A DNA stretch of 63,990 bases, the filler included, from Dirinaria sp. TL-2023a (lineage: Eukaryota), in NCBI GenBank assembly GCA_051941275.1. It is 5 parts of 5 records of this genome, joined end to end, with 100 filler letters (N's around TTAATTAATTAA, not from the genome) between each part and the next. Parts side by side here need not be neighbours in the genome. Positions count along the whole stretch, not along the records: positions 52,718 to 63,990 come from JAVEBF010000858.1; 4 more parts are not named here. One strand, written 5' to 3'. The notes under the pieces are model-generated. The model made no database searches and was not told the DNA's origin. It worked only from the letters and a program-made list of their open reading frames with translations. Below, piece after piece: positions 59,485 through 63,990 of this stretch (its first letter is position 1; each line of letters begins with the position of its first letter). Position numbers and translations under genes: made by a program.

Positions 59485-61635
59485 GCTGGAGGAAGCTAGA
59501 GATATCCAAGCTGCAGGTACGAGTCAGGTACCTAAGGCAAGGTATAAAGAGAAAGCTTGGCTTCAACTTGCACGGATGGCGTTCAGACGTGAGAAAAGCC
59601 TTCAAGATTTGATGGCGAATTACGGTAAGACCGGGCCTTTGGTAAGGGAATTGAGTTTGATCCACGAAGATGTCCTACAGTAGTAAGTCCACAAGTGACT
59701 CCAGTAGTATCAAGAGCGGGGATTTGGAACGGGGATTTGGAACAGGGATGAAGCCCGCAAACGGGTAGTCGGGCACTCTGATACGGTGCAATTGGCGCCA
59801 ACACTCACTGTCTCTTAGTGTCAGGCCGAGACCCCCATCTACGGTATCTACTGTACAGTCAGGTCACCCTCCCACTTGATCTGCCCTACACACCTACAAC
59901 TCATGATTCACCGCTGCACGCAATCAAAAGTAGGTACCCCGTGATTGGTATTCCGTGATTGGCGTCTACTCGAATGACGACCTACCTCACTACTGCTCCC
60001 TCCCTTACTACTGCACAATAATATATGATGATTCGGACCATCCCCGTGAAACGATCGCCATGTGGTCGTGGCACCAGTCAAGCACGTTCCTCCAGTCCAA
60101 CCCAACATCCCGCCCCCCGGAGTTTTTATTGACCCAACGGAAAAAAAAGCTACAGCCTTGCCAAAAGGGAAACCGCTGCAAAGCCTGCAAAGCGCTGTGC
60201 TGCAGATGCCTTCCAGGTTGCAAATGCCCGATACGGAGGAAACTGCATGCAAGTCGGAACCCCTATTTCCAAGCATCCCGATACCCGAGCACTCTTCGGC
60301 ATCATCTTCAGGCCTCCCAGTTCCCAGTTCCACTCTCTAAGCACCATTTGCAAAGAATTGGCACTGTGAAAAAGGGTGGCTCAGCGAAATCATTGCATTC
60401 GTATTATTGCTATTATTGCCGGCTGCTACCTTTTGGCTGCTGAGTGCTGACTTAAAACGATTAAAGTAAGATAGTACGGCCGCAAACCACGTGGAAGGTC
60501 TTTGGTGGTGTGGACGGTTGTGGTCACTGGTGGGTAGCTCTGTGGCTCACTGGCTCGCCATCTTACCTTAGGGCTTGGGGGTTCGCTTAGATGCTAGTCG
60601 CCTAGATCCCTCGATCGTCTTGGCCCAGCCCCAGGCAATCTAATGCACCACCTTATGCAGGCAGGCATGCAGGCTTCTCACTCAGGGAGTCAGGAGAGAG
60701 AAAAATCGCCGTGCCTTGCATAACATGTAAGATGATGATGGCAATTAATGTGGAATGTAAAGGATGCCTTAGCCCTGCGTTCCCATGGCCGAATGATCAA
60801 ATCACACCTTATCCCAATGCAGATCCAAGCATCAGCATGCATGCCACATGGCCAATACGGCATGAATCTGCAATAATAGCGGAGGATACGGTAGCAATAA
60901 TAATATTAATTGATACCTAATAACCTAATTGAACGGGTTTTGAGAAAAGACCCTGCTACCGATGGGTTGTATGTGTTGTGTTATGCTCGCTAGTAGTGGA
61001 GGGTTTAGGAGTTTGAATTTGACGAGGGGTGGGCGGCAGCAGTGGGTGACTGGCATTATTGTTTGTTTGGTAGGCGCCGAATTACGCCGCGTCTTTGGAC
61101 ACATCCAGAACAGAGGCGAGTATGAGCCCAGCATGCGGTCCGGACTGACTCCGGAGTACCTTAAGGTCACGCATCACCATTCACCGGCTCAGAAAGGATC
61201 TCCCCAGCCCGTGTTGCTGACTTGCTAGTTGCTGAACTTGCTGTGCTCTTTTCTCCAGGAAGCGGGAAGACTATCTTAGCTACGTGAAGCTTCATTCTGA
61301 TTTGTTGCCAATTTTGCGAAACACCGTCTTCCCCGACTCGCCAATCGCCATTCGATACTTTAGTAGTCCCTAGATTAATATTTCTCCCCCAAACCTCAAA
61401 GAAAGGCAGAAGTTCAGAAGCGCCTTTTGCAGCCGCAGCCTAGTCCGAGCACTGCTGCATGAATCTTGATAGAAAGGCCCGATACTCCCCCTCTACCTTT
61501 TCATGCCAACTGCAGCATTCGTTGATATCTTGTGTGCTCTTCTTTTCAATCGAACTCGCCATCCACAACTCTTCAGGGAGTCGAGGTTGATAAGGGTTTA
61601 TCCGCTGTTCGAATCATCAGCATTCCACTAGCGCT

Positions 61636-63372
61636 ATGAAGACACCTACCCACGATGTCGACTGGGAAGCCTTCCCTCCCACTATGAAGCGAAAGGTTCG
61701 AAATATCTCTCACATTAATGCAGCATCTTCTTTCATTCTCCACTTCTCTTTCCAAAAAACGAAAATATTGTACAGAGCACTGCATAATTTTAGTGATACA
61801 TTACTTCCCGCTGTCATGTCGATCCCTTGCCCTGATCTACTCAACCTTACCTCAGTGGAATGCTCTCGGAATTGCCCTGACACTGACGATCATCCCTAGA
61901 ATTTTTCTACCCTGGAGAGATTGAGGCATGCTCAGGCATGTCCCCCTTCAAAGCCTTCCTCAGCCGCTTCCTGGCAACCAAGCCTTTTGAGTGCTCCCAA
62001 GTCTCCTTCCCGACCTCCGCTCAATAGGAGCAAAAGCTCCAGCTATCTCAGACCGTCCGGCAAGCGGGCGAAAAGGCCATTGGGCAATGACCATCTTACG
62101 ACCGCAGATGCTCAATGGTTTTTGAGACTTCCAGAGAAGGTTCAACGGAGGCATTTCACGCCGGACGAGCAGCAGATGCTGGCGGGCCAGCGCGAGGAAT
62201 TGATGCGTGACGCAGGTCACCCAACCTTTTATCAGCGGGGCCGTCTTTCAAACCGAAGTGTCCCTTCCTTACGACGCTCGTCTTCCAGCTCGTCAGTTGA
62301 ATCCGCATTGTATTTCGAGGCCGAGCAAGATCCCATTGACTCCGCCGTTGATATGGACGACGCCATGCTCGAAACTTTTCGATGGGTAGACGACAACGAT
62401 GATCTAGACCTCACGCTCGACGACTACCATGCACATGTCGTCCAAGCCGCAGGTGTAAAGTCGCTTTCGGATCGCCGGCCATCTTTCAGGAGAGACTACT
62501 CTGGCACATTCCTCCAAACACACTCACCCAGAATACCGTCTCCGCTCTCCCGGCCCTCGCGCGAAACCACCCGATCATCAAATGAACATAGACACCACCG
62601 CCACACGCCCCATGCCCCTGCCACTCCTTTCCTACCCATCCATCAAAATCGGCCCTCCGCTGCCACTGATTCGGCTGCGGCACATTACCAAGACCCCTGT
62701 GCACGTATGAAACTGCGCCTCTACCTCTCTCCCTCCAAATTCGACGAAGCGGTCGAATTCGGCTTCCCCTCACTCTCCGACACTGACTCCCTACCCCCGT
62801 CATCTCGCCCTTCTCTCTCCAATCATCGCTACAAAACCTCCCCACCCGACCTGGAGACGTTCTTCGACGACGACAGCCCAAGTCTGCTCAATGCTCTCGA
62901 CACGGATGACGACTCAGCAAGCCTCCCAGACATGGATTCGCCAGTCACTCCGTCGGATGCTTTTTTCGCACACACGCACCGCCTGCCCACAACGAGCAAC
63001 AAGGCCCCTTCTTCTTCTTCAACATCAAAAGAATGCACAGATCTGTACACGTCTTTGAAACCCAAGATCCGCTACCTAAGCCCCGAGCCGCCGTACCTTG
63101 CCGCCACCACCACCAAAAAGGCCGGCGCCGGCGTCGGCGTCGGTGGGAGGGAAATGACCCTGCGAATGACGCTCACCAGGCCCGATCTCCGCGACCCACG
63201 CCTCGATGACATGAGAAGCGGGGACCAACCCGAGGTTTACAGTGTCGAAGAAGTCGACCCTTTCCAGCTGGAAGAATTACCCCCGGCCCGTGACGGGCAC
63301 ACGTTGTGGGATCCAGTACCCAGAGAGGGCGGGAAGGTGAAGAAGCTGTGGAGGAGGATCAGTGGCCAATGA
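61636..63372 (+). CDS. Conserved fungal hypothetical Ser/Pro-rich protein
   Basis: Exon 1 MKTPTHDVDWEAFPPTMKRK, intron 61696-61899, NFSTLERLR; blocks LPEKVQRRHFT, HYQDPCARMKLRLYLSPSKFDEAVEFGFPS, REMTLRMTLTRPDLR. Confidence 0.8.
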
Positions 63373-63929
63373 AATTATGCCTACTTAGGCACATACAACC
63401 CAGCATTGCAGGGGGGGAACAATTATAGTCCTTCGCCAGGTGTTTTTTCGGTCGTAGACCTGTTATACCACTTTTGTTTTGTTTTATTTTTTCTCTGCTG
63501 TCGTTAGTAATGTACGATACAATGAGATACTACATGGCCCCCTATTTCTTTTTTTTAAAAAAAAAAAATTCAGAGCGATTCCAGCGCAGCGTCTCCCTCC
63601 CCCTCCTCTTCTCCCTTCGGTCGCACAGATGTTACACATAACGAGTATACCTTATATACATCACAGTAAACCAAATAAAAATAAAAATAAAAAAATCCGA
63701 AACTCCATAACCTCACAAGACGCTTCCCCTCTAATACTATTCCATTCCTTTTCATTTTCTTTTCTATTAATAATCTTGCTACGGACTGCCAATTCAATCC
63801 CCATTCAATTTTAACCCCCAACCCTACCTTACCTCCCTTACCTCCCATAAACATCCCATCCATCCAACCCACGAACCCACCAAAATATACCTTTAGAAAA
63901 GCACCTCCCATCGAGTTTACATCAACAAT

Positions 63930-63979
63930 AAGCAAAGCAAAGCAAAGCAAAGCATATATATATATATATATATATATAT
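63930..63979. repeat. Compound microsatellite (AAGCA)5 then (AT)n
   Basis: Read directly from the sequence. Confidence 0.9.
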
Positions 63980-63990
63980 CCCCCCTAGGG

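Overview
Eukaryotic, intron-containing DNA from a filamentous ascomycete (Pezizomycotina-type genes, GT/GC-AG introns, CTAAC/CTGAC branch sites). The window is not one locus. Five contig pieces are joined by four identical 100-nt spacers (N44-TTAATTAATTAA-N44), and the complete pieces fall in decreasing size order (13097, 13073, 13044 nt), so adjacency across a spacer means nothing. Pieces 1, 2, 3 and 5 carry mostly ordinary genes: formin SepA, a CFEM/GPI protein, MAK16, MSS1, a KSP1-like kinase, two SDRs, PEP3/VPS18, NOP14, ORC3, an AlkB dioxygenase, an AMID-like oxidoreductase and a class I/II aminotransferase. Piece 4 (39574-52617) looks accessory and is the most interesting. It holds a disrupted GH71 alpha-1,3-glucanase and a head-to-head pair of a NACHT/NLR-like gene and a RAD5/RAD16-like SNF2 helicase. 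The NLR C-terminus lacks ANK/WD40/TPR repeats and instead strings together pieces resembling transcription/chromatin proteins (C2H2 fingers, degenerate bromodomain, SANT, a KLAP1/DUF7896-like finger, a Taf12 N-terminal-like helical block), suggestive of integrated decoys. The pair is bracketed by two homologous degenerate coding relics. All family calls come from motif recognition by eye; no database search was run.
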